Source of the DNA: Camelus ferus
Taxonomy: Eukaryota
Length of the DNA: 64,000 bases
Direction: 5' to 3'
Assembly (NCBI RefSeq): GCF_009834535.1
Contig: NC_045696.1
Coordinates: forward strand, 27,964,001-28,028,000
Each line of letters begins with the position of its first letter. Position 1 is the stretch's first letter. Below are positions 1-13,095 of the stretch, piece by piece. The notes below the pieces were generated by a model. That model worked only from the letters and a program-made list of their open reading frames with translations, searched no databases and had not been told where the DNA came from. A program made the position numbers and the translations under genes.

Positions 1-249
1 ATCCTGAAAATGAGCCTGAAATATTAGCTGTCCAAGTACTAGGAAGATAAAAACGCACGGTAAAGGAGCACAAGGGAGAAGACTTAGAAGCGATTGCTGA
101 CTATGCATTTAATTTTACTCAACAGTGTAACATAAATGCAAACATAAAGTTAGACAAACAGAAGAAAATTAAACTAATAATGAGCTTGGGTTTAACAGGA
201 AGAAAGACAGTCCAGAAAGAGAGTTGATAGTTTACAACTTAGTACGAAT

Positions 250-640
250 GCTGACAAACTGGGCTGATTCCCAAAAGAAAGACAAGCAGTAAGACCAGGC
301 AATATCATATGCCCATCATGAGTCTCACTGAAGAAATGAGACTGCATGGTTTAGACAACAGAGAGTGAGGGACGTGAGAGATGATGGCCAATGCTGTGGG
401 GCCATTTCCCAAAGCCGAGCACTACGCTTGTTTTCAGTGGCTCTACAGAGAGCGTTCCACAGAAGTATCTCCTAACAAACAAAACTGTTAACAATGGAAT
501 GGATAGTGATATCATTAACAGGTGTTCAGCTTTTATCTGAACAAAACTAGTGGCACTGAAGCAAGGATTCAAGTGTTGGAGGGGGGTTCAACAACATAAG
601 CTCTTAGCGTCTCTTAAGACTTCAGATCTATTGTTTTATA
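250..640 (+). mobile_element. Possible highly decayed L3/CR1 3' fragment
   Basis: gacaaactggg... and ggattcaagtgttggaggggggttcaac...gacttcagatctattg loosely resemble the L3 3' end. Confidence 0.3.
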
Positions 641-1008
641 CCATAGATTGTTATAAAATTTAATTTATTTGCTTAAGGCTTAACCAAAAGCAATAAACTT
701 CCAGCGTGGAAGGATTAAATTGATTTGACTACAACATGAGTTAGTTTGAACCAAATGCTTATACTTGAGAATTGTAAATATAAAGCTAAAAAGATTAATC
801 TTTTAAAAAAAACCCAAAACAGTCCTGAAGTATGCTAAGGTTATATGCACGTATACTTTGTTGAGTTGCTTATTCTTTTAATCCGAGTCACTAGGTGATA
901 TTAATTATACTGTAAGATACAGCTTGTTGAACTCCTTCACCCTCTGTCAATGGCAAATCCGTGGGCCTGGGTTGTCCGGATAAACTGTCCCACTGCTCTA
1001 CTGGTCTT

Positions 1009-1113
1009 GCAGCTACTGCCACCACCACTACTCTTACTACTAAGACCATTTCTATTACTGCTACTACTACTACGACAATTACTTTTACTAGTAATACTGG
1101 GATGACTACAACT
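1009..1113. repeat. Imperfect (CTA/ACT)n low-complexity repeat
   Basis: gctactgccaccaccactactcttactact...actgctactactactacg. It explains the V-rich and S-rich ORFs at 891-1127. Confidence 0.75.
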
Positions 1114-1127
1114 GAGAAGTAACACAC

Positions 1128-1350
1128 ACTGAGTTGTTATAATATGCTAGGTACTCTAAGAATGTTAGATAAGCTGAGTGACTTATCCCTTGAGCAACCC
1201 TATGAAGTAGGCACTATTATTAGCTCCATTTTACAGACCAGTATACTGCAGCAAGTTTAAGTTAAGCATCTTGTCCAAGACCTTACAAGTTAAAGGCGAG
1301 GTGACCAGCATTAGAAATAAGTGGTGGTTTAAGATTTTATACTCTTATTA
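1128..1350 (-). mobile_element. MIR SINE
   Basis: caaccctatgaagtaggcactattattagctccattttacaga...gttaagcatcttgtccaagacc matches the reverse-complement MIR core. Confidence 0.75.
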
Positions 1351-2554
1351 ATCTATAGTCTAGTCAAAAAATTCAAATGAATTGTGATATAAGCATGATT
1401 TTTAACACAGAAGCAATATGTATCTGTAGCAGGAAGTTTTCTCCAAATATAGCACATCATTCTAATCACATCTTTACACTGTTCTTAGCACCTCTGTGTT
1501 CAATCTCTTCGGTAATTCTGTTCATTTATTTTTCTCATGTTTGTAGGTGTCTTTTACAGAACCTAGTATTTTCATAGCATTAGCAGTTATGACTAAGCAC
1601 CAGTTAATTGGTTGATCATGCTTGGTATTTGTCCTCCACTATGTTTCAGTCTTCCTTGTCTATGAGAGGGTATGCATGCCCCCCACCTTAGAACCCAAGT
1701 TTATGTTTCTGCAGAGAGTAGCTCTCTACCATGATATGAGATGCCATTTAAACACCAAAGTTGATAAGAACTTTTTTCTTTTATTAATTTCAAAAAGAAA
1801 GATTAGTGATTTTAAAAATCAGTCACTGTTATCATATAATTAAGTAAGGATAAATGTAGTGGCTTCCATGAGTATCAAACTGTTACTGCCTGAGAAGTTA
1901 TGCACTTTTAAAGAAACTGTGATTGAGTGAATTAGCCATCATATACCTGGTTTGATGATAACTCCCCTCTTGGTTCTCTTCCCTTATTTGCACCTAAGCC
2001 TTCAGAGAATATAACAATTTCTACCTACAAGATTTAGCAGTATTTGTAGGGAGCTCCTCAGACACAAATAAATCAGGGAAAATCTTGTATCACTTCAAAC
2101 GTTTTACCAAATTGGGAAAAGTCAACAAAATAAGTTGTTTGGTTTATTAGAAATTGGTAATATTCATTTTCTAGAGGATCAGAAAGGAACACGGACTAAA
2201 TGTTAATTCAGAAATAAAAATTCATTACAAAGGATCTATTAATAGATACACTCTAATTAGAACATAAGGGAAAACTCCTGTGTACATATTGGATGTACCT
2301 GCTAAAAGAGCAAAAATCAAATAAATGTGTACATTGATAATACAATAGAAAAATGCATATAATCATTTCAGTCTCTTCAATCAAGGTATGTTTGAGTGCC
2401 TTAATTAGTATGCATAAAATAGATAAAAAGTCTGTAAGTTAATTCTTTCTAGAAGTCAAGAAAAGGAAAGTCAGGCAATAGTCTGTAGACAAATACATAA
2501 GCAGTTAACACATTTTGCTTTAAACAAAAGTCCATATTGCCACTGAATAAATTT

Positions 2555-2694
2555 TTAAAAAATGCAGATTTCTGGGATCCAATCCAGACCACCCAGCACA
2601 GAATCTCTGAGGTTGTAGCTCTACACTATGTGTTTAAAAAAACAAAACAAAACAAAACAAAAAACTTTGAGCATATTGAAGTTTAAGAATTACT
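2555..2694 (-). mobile_element. MER5A-like hAT-Charlie element with internal (AAAAC)n (2636-2663)
   Basis: aaatgcagatttctgggatccaatccagacc...agaatctctgagg... and the terminus aagtttaagaattactg match MER5A. Confidence 0.6.
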
Positions 2695-5600
2695 GAGAGA
2701 AAAACAGGTTGGGTAGTTACAAGGGAGAGAGCCAGAAACTGCCAATACTAGTAGTTTTAAAGAGCTGTTCAGGGTTCAGACCCACCTCAAAAGTCAAGTA
2801 CTGAAAACTCAGGACAGAGAATTAGCAAGCCTAGAATAAATCACAGCCGGAGACATTAGATGGTCAAAGGGCCAGACTAGATAAGAAACTGGGAGGAAAT
2901 AACTATCCAAGGACAAAGCAAGCTAGCTGCTCAAAAGACTGCACTAAATCTCAGAAGCAATTTCATCTTTATGTACGAGACAAAGCCATAGAAGAAGGAT
3001 CAGACAACAGCAACCATGAGTGATACATTTTGCAGTAATTATGGATTCCAACTGCTCAGTCCCTTCTAAACATTTCTGATATGATAGAGACCCCTCCCTG
3101 TCCTTGGTCAGCCTGAGCAAATTAATGAGATGAGATATAATTTTGCAAAAAAAAAAAAAAAAAGTCTGACTCTCAGCTAAAGTCCATTTGGCTTTTCAAA
3201 AATATTTTGCTGAGAAATGTTCTAGTCTGTTTAACTATATTTAAGTTTATTTTGTTAAAACATTAATACAGCTTGCCATAGAGAGTAATGGAAGCAATTT
3301 CATTACATGAGGAAGAAAAATCAAACATGGAAGCATACTATTATTGAGAAATAAAGACAGGAAAATAGTGCTGTAAGTGTTTATTTTCTATTCCTCTGAC
3401 AAGGCATTTTGTTTTTTCCTTGACATACTATTTTTAGATGACTATGCATTCAGTTATTCTCCTTCATGTTAACAAGGGAAATCTACTATACTTGACGTGA
3501 GCTTTGATTTATAGCCATAAATTGAAGGAAAAAATAAAAATGCAAACATCAGGCACACAGAAGCTATTTATTCGCCCCATCTTTCAGTTGACAGACAGCT
3601 TCACATTCCTAGTAATATGTTTGAGCATGAGATAAGGAGATGTCATTTAAAGGTAAAGAAAGAATAAAAATTCCTGCAAAAAAAAAAGTGGTCAGAAGCT
3701 ATAATTTCTATGAACTAGGGCCCAAGAAAATTCCAAAGTGGATAATTTGTTCATCTTTACACTATTATTTTCCCTCACTTATTTGATTATTTTGTACTTG
3801 AAACTCACATTATGTCACATCCATTCATCTCATCTGTTTTTACATTTGTTTCATCAGTTCTCACTTAAAGAATGACTCTCTCAGAATCAGTTGAAAGGTT
3901 TCAACTCAAACATGCTCTTTAGGAGTAGCTGACACCAGCTTGCTCTGTGGGTAGCAGAAGTGAAGTCAAACACAGACTCTGTTGATAAACATATGGGATA
4001 TCAGAATGCCCCTTTTCTTTTTCTGCTTTGACTCTTCAGTCAACCTGATCGACACCCCTGGCGAAAGTCAGCAAAACTAGTTTTCAGAGGTTGGTAAGGG
4101 TTTCTCAGGAAACATTCTCAGTATCCTATTTTTCAAGAGGGATTACAGCTTAATATGCTCACTCTGAATATCTTTTCTTATTTATTACCTAATTGGTCGA
4201 CGTTATTAAAAACTTCTCAGCGAGTTGAGTTTCACTTCACACCTTGTAAAAAAGGCTAAAATATGCACACAGAAGACTTTTGCAACAGAGCAAGCAGTGT
4301 TGCTCTTTAGAGTGACTCATTATAACACAAGAAGTAGGGTCTGAAGCTAGACTGAGATTTAACACTCACCTCTGTGGAACAGGTGAAGTGCAACACTTAA
4401 CATCAATCTTTACTTTTCAGTTAATGCAGCTCATTATGGGCCAGATGGCTTGACTGTTCTGCCATTTCCTGCATATTTTTTTTTTACAAGACTAGAAAGG
4501 TACCTCGTTTTTAAAAAAGTAAAATGTCATAATAGTAACGTAAGTGGTTTCAGGGAGAGATGCTAAGAGTAATTTTGGATTCATTTGAAAACAGGTTCTA
4601 AAATACAGGTAAAATATGTCAGTAGTAAAGCATTTCAAAGAGACATTTAAACACTCACCTGAAATTCCCTTACATCTGTCATTACAATTACTTCAATTGT
4701 AGGGTTCTGGGTAATTTTCCTACATTTCAATTGTAGATACTGGGAAGAGCTATTTGATTTATGAGTTGCTCAAATCAAATCTCCAAAGTCTATCAATAGA
4801 GATATATTGGCTATTTCTCTATGCTATCAACACAACTGCTTGAAGGATTAGTCCAAATATGAGCTCTTTCTGCTATAATGTCTATATGGTAAAAACTAAT
4901 AATTTCCAATTATTTAAAAAAGAGTTCATAGTTTGAACATTGCATAAATATAGCTTTACTGACGATTACTGAATACCAAACATGACATTCTGTAAAAATA
5001 TCCAAAAATTCCATATAACTAAGCTTCCATCTGTATATCTGGAGTAAAGACATCCAAACTGCACTACACTTATCTTAATGTCTTTTCTTTCTATCCTGTA
5101 GGCACTATCTGCTGAGTAGCTCTAGCTTTAAGCTTCTTGTTCCTAAGTTTCTTTTTGCATTCATGCACCAACATTATGTAAGTACATGTTGAAATATGCT
5201 TGACCATAGTTTTAAGTTTGATTTTCGTAATGTGTTATCTTTAATTCCTATCACTCTCTTTGAAATAAGAGATTATTAATTAGTAGTTCAAATATATCTA
5301 ATGGAAAAGTAAGATGGCCTTGAAGATTAACAGTCAGTCAAGCATTTGGTTCTTTATAACAGTTTAATCATTAGCCCTTTGATGATGCAATTTTAAGCAT
5401 TTTTCTGAAGCCTTTAGCTCAGTCTGTTGACTTAACAGCAAGCATAACTTACTTTCAAACATCAAAACGTTTACTGAGAAACAAGAAAGTCACTATTATA
5501 CCCAAACCCAGCATGACCAACAAAAGTTCTGCAGGCAGCAATAGAGTATTTTTTGGAGTCAGAGACACAGCATGGTAAGTGGTTGTGTAAGTGGTTGTAT

Positions 5601-6531
5601 AGTTTAAAGAGAAAAAAGCCATGGCCATTAGTTCTCTTCTGTTCCACTATGTCTTCTTTTTTAACCACTTTTAGCTGATTGTTGTACAAAGTGAAGTAAG
5701 TTTATTCTACAAAAAGTACACTAAGAACTGCCATGAAGTTTTCTCTTCCCAAATAAGTTACAACTACCAGTAGTACTAATTTAGATGTAATTCTTAGTCC
5801 TTGTGGGCAAGGTAGAAAATTATGTCTAACCCCTAGTAAGCATTAACTAAATATTTATTAAATAGATAGTTGCTTTAGTGGCTTTTTATATCAACTTTAC
5901 ATGCATTTTAATCCACACAATATTCTCTTTCCTGAATATTTATAAACCTCAAGCTTCTAAATCTAAAATGCCACAAAAACAAAGATTTTTCCAGGAAAGT
6001 TCTTGCCTTATGTTAGGATTATTATTTTTTTCTTTTTTTGCTCCCTATGTATCTTTCCCTTCAGGTAAATATATTCCCCAGAGTTAATTTTTCTCATGCC
6101 CTACAAATAATGGCTTAATATATTTCCACTCCAAAGACTCTGTCACTAAGTAGGTAACACTAGGTGCCTAGATTCTGAAAGCATAAATTCATAAATTTCA
6201 ACACTAATGATGAATTTCACTTTGGAAGAACCAGTGGAGAGTGATTAATTTTCCTCATGATGTTCAAGGCATATAGTCACAGACATATAACAATTTAGAA
6301 GAACATAATCCTCACTATATACAAACTAAATATAACTGGCACTCATCAATTTAATCTTTTTTTGCAAAATAATTCTTATACTCAATTTAACATGAATCCT
6401 TAAATTATGTAATCAGTTTCTATTGTGCTATGTTATTGGTTATAAATGCTGTTTTCATTTACAAATAATATTTTTATTATAAAAGGTGATTATAAAGATT
6501 ATTGTGAGATAAGATGAAATCAAAGAAAATC

Positions 6532-6554
6532 TGTGTGTGTGTTTGTGTGTGTGT

Positions 6555-6590
<36 letters not shown>
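6532..6590. repeat. (TG)n microsatellite
   Basis: Near-perfect TG run of 59 nt. Confidence 0.95.
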
Positions 6591-6594
<4 letters not shown>

Positions 6595-8139
6595 GTATCC
6601 TTGGCTTCCTTTGTCCTCCCAAGTCAGATCTCTGGCACAGATGCTGTCAAGTCCATGCTAGAACCTCAACATTGTCTCCCACTTGGGAAGGGCAGGGCAA
6701 GAGGAGGAAGACGAAGGTGAACTCTGAACTGGTTCACAATTTAGGGCTTGAGAAAAAACTGAATTATGGTTTTCTACCATTCAGTTCTTCATAAAGCAGA
6801 GTGACTAGGTGATTCTAGGATTTAACAGGCTTCAGATGGGGAAAAATGCATCTTCACATCTTAATTTAAAAAAGAGAAAATCTGCTTGTTTGTTTGTTTG
6901 TTTACACATAGAAGGAGGTGAAACGGAACAGGAGGAGGACAGCCAAAGTGACAAAATACAAGACTGATCTATTTTCCTTAAAATTACATTTAATTAGCAC
7001 TAAAATGAAGGGAGTGCTAATGGGTAGAGAGACAGAGTTAACCACACAACAAGAACCTGGAGTGGGTGTGGTAGTAAGATACTGCAAAGATGTTTCCTTA
7101 AGGATGTTCATCCCTTCCAAGATATCAAGACAATTATTGCCTTCTTATCATGAAGCTCCTCACTCTCTCTGACTGTTGCATTACAACAGTGAGTGTCAAG
7201 GATTTGGAAGAATAATCCGTTTTGAAGAGTGCTTCAAAAATCGATGAGGGGATAGCTGTATTTTAAGTTCTGTATGTACAAAAGGTGGGCAGGGCTTTAA
7301 AAGTATCACACGTCCAGATGGCTACAAAGATGTAACTCTGCAAAAGTAAGTACAGGGGATTAATGAGGCACCATGTTAAAAAAGAAGAAAGAACAGAAAG
7401 GACAATAAAAAATGCATCTAAGAAAGAAAAAATAGATATATTGAGGAAGAAAAGCACTTCCTAAGAATGATTCAAAATGTAGAAATATTAAAACAAAACA
7501 GTATAAAATTTTTCATAGGGAAAAAATAAAAGGTAGTTGAAAAGAAGGGGAGGGGAATTTCCAGCATAATAAAGTGTTAATTTTTAATATGATAAGCATG
7601 AGTATTAAACCAATACAAATAAAAAGAGCTTAATTTTTAAAAAAGATTAAAAAGAACAGATACCCAATTTGCCAGAGTGTTATAGTAAAGGCATTTATAA
7701 GTCTGATACATCTTTTTAGTCATCAAAAAATGCATATTAAAAATACTATTTTCAGCTATAAGCATGAATTTTTAACTGATAATAACCAGTTTATGATTAA
7801 ATATTCTAGTCTCATATATTGAACATTAGTATTGCAATAGATTTTCTGAAAGAAATTTTGGACGGTAAGTTTAAAAAGCTTTTAAAAAGTTCACTTTTGG
7901 AAATCTTAAGGAAGTAAAGATATGTGGCAATTTAGCTATAAAGTTGTATATCTTGTTACTACAAAAATTGGAAGTGGTGTGTCTAAATATGGGTATCACT
8001 TTTTACAAATAAAGTTCAATCATTACCAGAGAACTATCTTCTTTTTAATTCGTGTTTGCTGCAATTATATCAGCTCAACCATATACACCTCTTACGTTTT
8101 GGAGATACTAGAATTAGATGAATATATTGAAAAGAATAG

Positions 8140-8312
8140 AATGAGTACAGAAAACTACAGGGTTTGAATCATTGCTCTACCAATTACTAGATTTGTGACT
8201 ATGGGTGAGGTATTTAATTTTAATTAATAATCATCCATTAAAAATACTTTAGAGAGTTGTTTAAAATAAATGAGATAATAAATGGAAAGTGCTTGGAAAT
8301 GTGCTCAGTACT
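8140..8312 (+). mobile_element. MIR SINE, interrupted at its 3' end by the MLT1A0 LTR
   Basis: ggtttgaatcattgctctaccaattactagatttgtgactatggg...taaatgagataataaatggaaagtgcttggaa. Confidence 0.65.
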
Positions 8313-8662
8313 TGCAGTGGACTGAAAGCTTTCGTCCCCCCCAAAATGTATATGTTGAAATCCTAACCCTCAAGGTGATGGTATTAGGTGGGGGGGGGGG
8401 GCGCTTTGAGAGGTGATTGGGTCATGAGGGCTCTGCTCTGGTGAGTGGGATCAGAGCCTTTACAGAGAGACTCCAAAGAGTAGTTAACTGCTCTGTGAAG
8501 TTCCGGTGAGAAGCCTGCTGTCTACAAGGAAGGGGAAGCTGATCAGACAGCAAGTCTGCTGTTGCCTTGATCTAACTTCAAAGCCTCTAGAATTTTAGAA
8601 ACAAATTTTGTTGCTTATAAGCCACACAGTATATGGATTTCTGTTACAGCAGTGCAAAGACA
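8313..8662 (+). mobile_element. MaLR solo LTR, MLT1A0-like
   Basis: TG...CA termini. tatgttgaaatcctaaccctcaaggtgatggtattagg...gccttgatct...tataagccacacagtatatgg...aagaca follows MLT1A0. Decayed 5-bp TSD gtact/gtatc. G12 run at 8390-8401. Confidence 0.85.
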
Positions 8663-10845
8663 GTATCTAAGTACTAAAGTAGTAATAACAATAATAATAA
8701 TATTTTAAATGCTGTTATAGCCCTCATCATTATTCTTCTCAGTTCAGAAGTAAAACTCTTTAAATAAAATCTTTAAAAAAGGTCAAGTTAAGTCCAAACA
8801 AAACTTTCTCTTATACTGTTTACCAGGAAACCAATGATAAGTTTAAATGAAATATCGTATGTAAGAACTGAACATTTGTACCCTTGTAGCCCTCATAAAA
8901 GCAAGTGTAACTTTATGTTAATTTACTAAATGATGTTTAAGTGAGGAATCAAATTTTTCTACTTATGATTATGTTGTTTTTCTGTGAAGTAGAATGCTAT
9001 CAATATGCATCCATTTTAAGGGTGGAAAAAAATACATACCTTACTTATTTTTCTATGCTCATTTTTCCTCTAAAAACGCCTTCCTCATTTTACTCATTCT
9101 GTAGTTGCTTAATTCACACAAGCATATTTATCTTGAAAAACATTATCAATCAATCAATCAGTCGGTATCATGCACTACTTCATGGTCAGACAAGAAGCAC
9201 TGGAAATAGTTATTATCTTCAGAAAATGATGGCATATATTCTTTTTAGAAGGTCAAGTGTGGCTCAGAGGTTCCTTTGTACCTGCATCTAATTTACTACA
9301 CATGTTGACAACAGGTTAAGTAAAATTAGTCCTTATAAAGGATTATATGAGGAAGACAAGGAGGGACCATAAATAATACATAAAACTTTTATAGTGCTTT
9401 ATCAAATCATTATACTTCACTTTTTATCCGCTGACTTACTAATCTATTTACATGTATTCTTCTCTAAAACTACTATCACTTTAAATAATCTTTCAATTAA
9501 AAAATGATTTTAATTGAACTCTAAATACTCTACAATGTCTTTTCAGACAATAGAAAATTATATACATTTAAATCATAAAGCCAGAATAAAATAATCCACA
9601 TTTTTGGGAACATTGTATACACAAGTCATTATTACATGGAACTCATTATTTTAAAAAGAAATAGAAAGAAATTGTATAACATGTTAGGAAGAATAAAACG
9701 ATAAAATAAGATACTATGATTCAGAATACGGCCACGGAGAAAAACAGCAAATTTCAGTGAATTCATCATTGCAATAATTCTGCTTATGAACAATAAAAAA
9801 TGTAAATACTTGAAGTGGAATATAGCTGCATTGGTAATAAACTTAGGTTTTTGTATTTTTTCCTTAGAAGTGATACATTATAAACAATGTGTGGGCTTTA
9901 TAACAAAAAATGAAATAAACATCCATTTTGACCCAGTAATCCAGGACTATTTGAGATGCCGTTCCTCTTACAAATTCTAATTCTTATCTCCTGAAAAATA
10001 CAGCCAGTACTCTGGATAGTTATCTTTCACTTTAAAAAAGTGCCTGGTGAGAAAGAAACAGGAATGTGAATAATTTAGATTTAAATTGATAAATCTAATG
10101 CACATTTCCCATTTGCTAAGAGTTTTTCCATTATTATATGGTAATTCTGCCGTAACACAGATTGTAAATATCTAAATGTGTTTAAAATTTATCATATAAT
10201 ATGTGGCCTAATTTAGAAAATCTATTATCCATCTAACACACTTTCTCCAAAGTGGAAGAAAAGCCTTTCATGAGTTAAATATATTTTAGGTAGTGTTCTG
10301 ATGTGATTGTATAATAAATTTACAGCAATAAAGCAAATACTTATAAATACAAAATAGCTACATTTAGGACTAAACCAGATGCCTTTGTGTGGAAGTCTAA
10401 TGATCCTTAAATCAAGACTATTTATAGATCTGAGAGACAAATCAGAATACAGCAGCAGACAAAGCACTTAAAAATTGTACTGATTTTTCTGAGCCAACCA
10501 GAAAATTTAAATTCAGCCTTTTAGAAATCTAATGGGAACAATCTTTTAATGACTAACATACAACAATATAAATAGCAACCTCGCCTGCTTTAGTTGCTGT
10601 AGCATATTTAAACTGGATAGTCAGAAAAATACTAACTGCACATTTGCTTGGCTCAGCTACAGTGAAATTAATGCAGAATTAATAAAATCGTATTGAGTTT
10701 ATCAGAGATAAAAGCATTGTATCAAATCACTTCCTTAAAACAAAAACATTTAAAAAAATAAAAGCATTTAAAAACAGTCTGACTACAATTTTTGTTGAGC
10801 TAAATTTTAGCCCCAAATCTATTTTATTGACGTATAAAATCATCA

Positions 10846-11393
10846 TATGGTGGACTAATAAGGTCAAAAATTCTTTGACATTCTATGGAGAGTTGGGGTC
10901 TATTCCATCACTTGCATCTGGGATGGCCTATGACGCTTTGACCAGTAGATTGGGACAGAAAGGACAACACGCCAGATCCAGGACCACCCCTGGGGTGAAC
11001 GGTAATTCCCATGTTAGCCTTTTGGAATTGCCATAGAAAAGTGCTGACAACTCTACTGATGAGACCCAACGAAGTGACCCTAAAAATGCAGAAACAAGAA
11101 GGGTACAGCTGAACACAGTCAGCTGAACACAGTCAGCTGAACACAGTAGTCTAACCATCTCCAGATTTCCAAGTCACCAGAATGGGCACGAAGCTGTCTG
11201 GTGCCTCGTCTTCATCCTATCTGCCCAGACACCAAGTGAACACCAAGTGACGAGTGGACACCACGTGAACTAGAAGAATCATCCACCCAAGCCCTCCTCA
11301 CCCACAAAACTGTGAGATACCACGAAACGGCTGTTGTTTTTAGCCACTAAGTTTGGAGGTAGTTTTTTAGACAGAAATAACTAACCAGAAACA
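10846..11393 (+). mobile_element. MaLR solo LTR, MLT1G/H-like
   Basis: 5' part aaattctttgacattc...ctttgaccagtaga; 3' part cccacaaaactgtgaga...gttgtttttagccactaagtttggaggtagt...aaca. Confidence 0.75.
11106..11147. repeat. Perfect tandem repeat, 3 x 14 bp (CAGCTGAACACAGT)
   Basis: Copies at 11106, 11120 and 11134. Confidence 0.95.
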
Positions 11394-11409
11394 TAGATGT
11401 AAGATTTAC

Positions 11410-11498
11410 ATTGTGTATTTCTTGTACCTGACAGATCCTAACATGTAGTTGGCGCTCAGAGGTTTATGAATGAATGAGCGAATGGATGAATAAATGAA
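11410..11498 (+). mobile_element. L2 3' tail
   Basis: ...aacatgtagttggcgctcag...tgaatgaatgagcgaatggatgaataaatgaa. Confidence 0.65.
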
Positions 11499-12032
11499 TA
11501 TCTGTGGCAAATCGTGCTACCACTGGAACAGCTGTCAGAATTTGCACAGATGACACACAGTACACACAGATGCACTGTTACTGTACTTCAGAAATGCTTG
11601 TGATTCATCTAACATTTTTTCTGTCAAGTTATTTGATTTACATGTTATTTCTTACTAGAGAACTATTCTGAATATTTTTTACATGTTGGCCTTTTTCCAT
11701 TGTGTATTCCCTGTCAACATCTTTTTAATGAACTTCAATAAAATCAACTATTACTCAAGTGATGTGACTCCCTCCCTCACATTAGACAGTTATAAGAAAG
11801 AGGAACAAAGTGATTTTTTTAATTTAGTCATTTCTCGGGTAACTTATTTCCACGTAGCAGAGCCTGAAGCCAACTTTTGATGGTAACTTTATTATCCTCA
11901 GCATTCGAAAGAATTTACTAACCAAAGTAAAAGAAGGCAAGGAGTGAATAATTCTTAAGTCCACATTTAATAACTGTTCTTATCAAAGGAATAGTGTAAT
12001 AGAAGATGTTTGAAAATATTTGCTATGGCTTC

Positions 12033-13095
12033 TTTTTTAAAATGGTTTTATTGACATATAATTCACAAACCTTACAATGCACCTATATAAATTGTACAGC
12101 TCAGTGTTTTTTATTGTCTAGAATTGTGCACCTATCCCCACGATCAATTTTCTATCACTTTCATATGCCAAAAAGAAATGCAAACCCATTATCAGTCACT
12201 CGTTATTTCTCCCAAACCCCTTGACCTAGGCAACCACTGATCTGTTTTCCATTTTTATAGAGTTCTCTCTCCTGAACTTTGCATACAAATGGAATCACAC
12301 AATACAACGTCTTTCCATGACTGGCTTCTTTCACTTAACATAATGTTTTCAAGGTTCATCCTTGTTGTAGCATATATCAGTCCTTCAATCCTTTTTATTG
12401 CTCCCCAAAATGTGGTACAGGTATATGCTATTTTATTTATCCATTCATCAGTTCATGGACATTTGGGTTGTTTCCACATTTTTAACTATTCTGAATAATG
12501 GTGCGATAAACATTTATGAACAAGTTTTTTGTAAGAACATGTGTTATTATTTTTCCTAAATATATACCTAGGAGTGAAATTTCTGGGTCATATAGCAACT
12601 CCACATTTAAACTTTTCAGAAACTGCCAAACTGTTTTCCAAAGTGGCTGTGTTACTTTATATTCCCACCTGCAATGTATGAGGGATTCAGTTTCTCCACA
12701 TTCTCATTAATACTTGCTATCATCTGAATTTTTGATTATAGCCATCCTACTGAATGTGAAATAATATCCCATTTGATTCTGATTTGCAATTCCTTAATCG
12801 CTAATGATGTTACACATCTTTTCATGGGCTTATTGGCCATCGCATATATTCTTTAGAGAAATGTTTATTCAGATCCTTTATTCATCTTTAATTGAGTTGC
12901 CTTTTGTTACTGAGTTATAAGCATTCACTACATTTTCTGGATACAAGTCTCATATCAGTTATACGACTTGCAAATGTTTTCACCCATTATGTGTGTTACC
13001 TTTTCACTTCGTTGATAATGTCCCTTTGAAACACCAAAATACATAATTCTGATAAACTCCCATTATTTTATTTTATCTATTTTCTCACTGTTATG
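12033..13095 (-). mobile_element. L1MB-type LINE-1 3' fragment (ORF2 C-terminus + 3'UTR), decayed
   Basis: ttttattgacatataattcac...ctaggcaaccactgatctg...aaatggaatcacacaata...gggtcatatagcaactcc...aactgccaaactgttttccaaagtggctg are diagnostic reverse-complement L1M 3' sequences. Confidence 0.9.
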
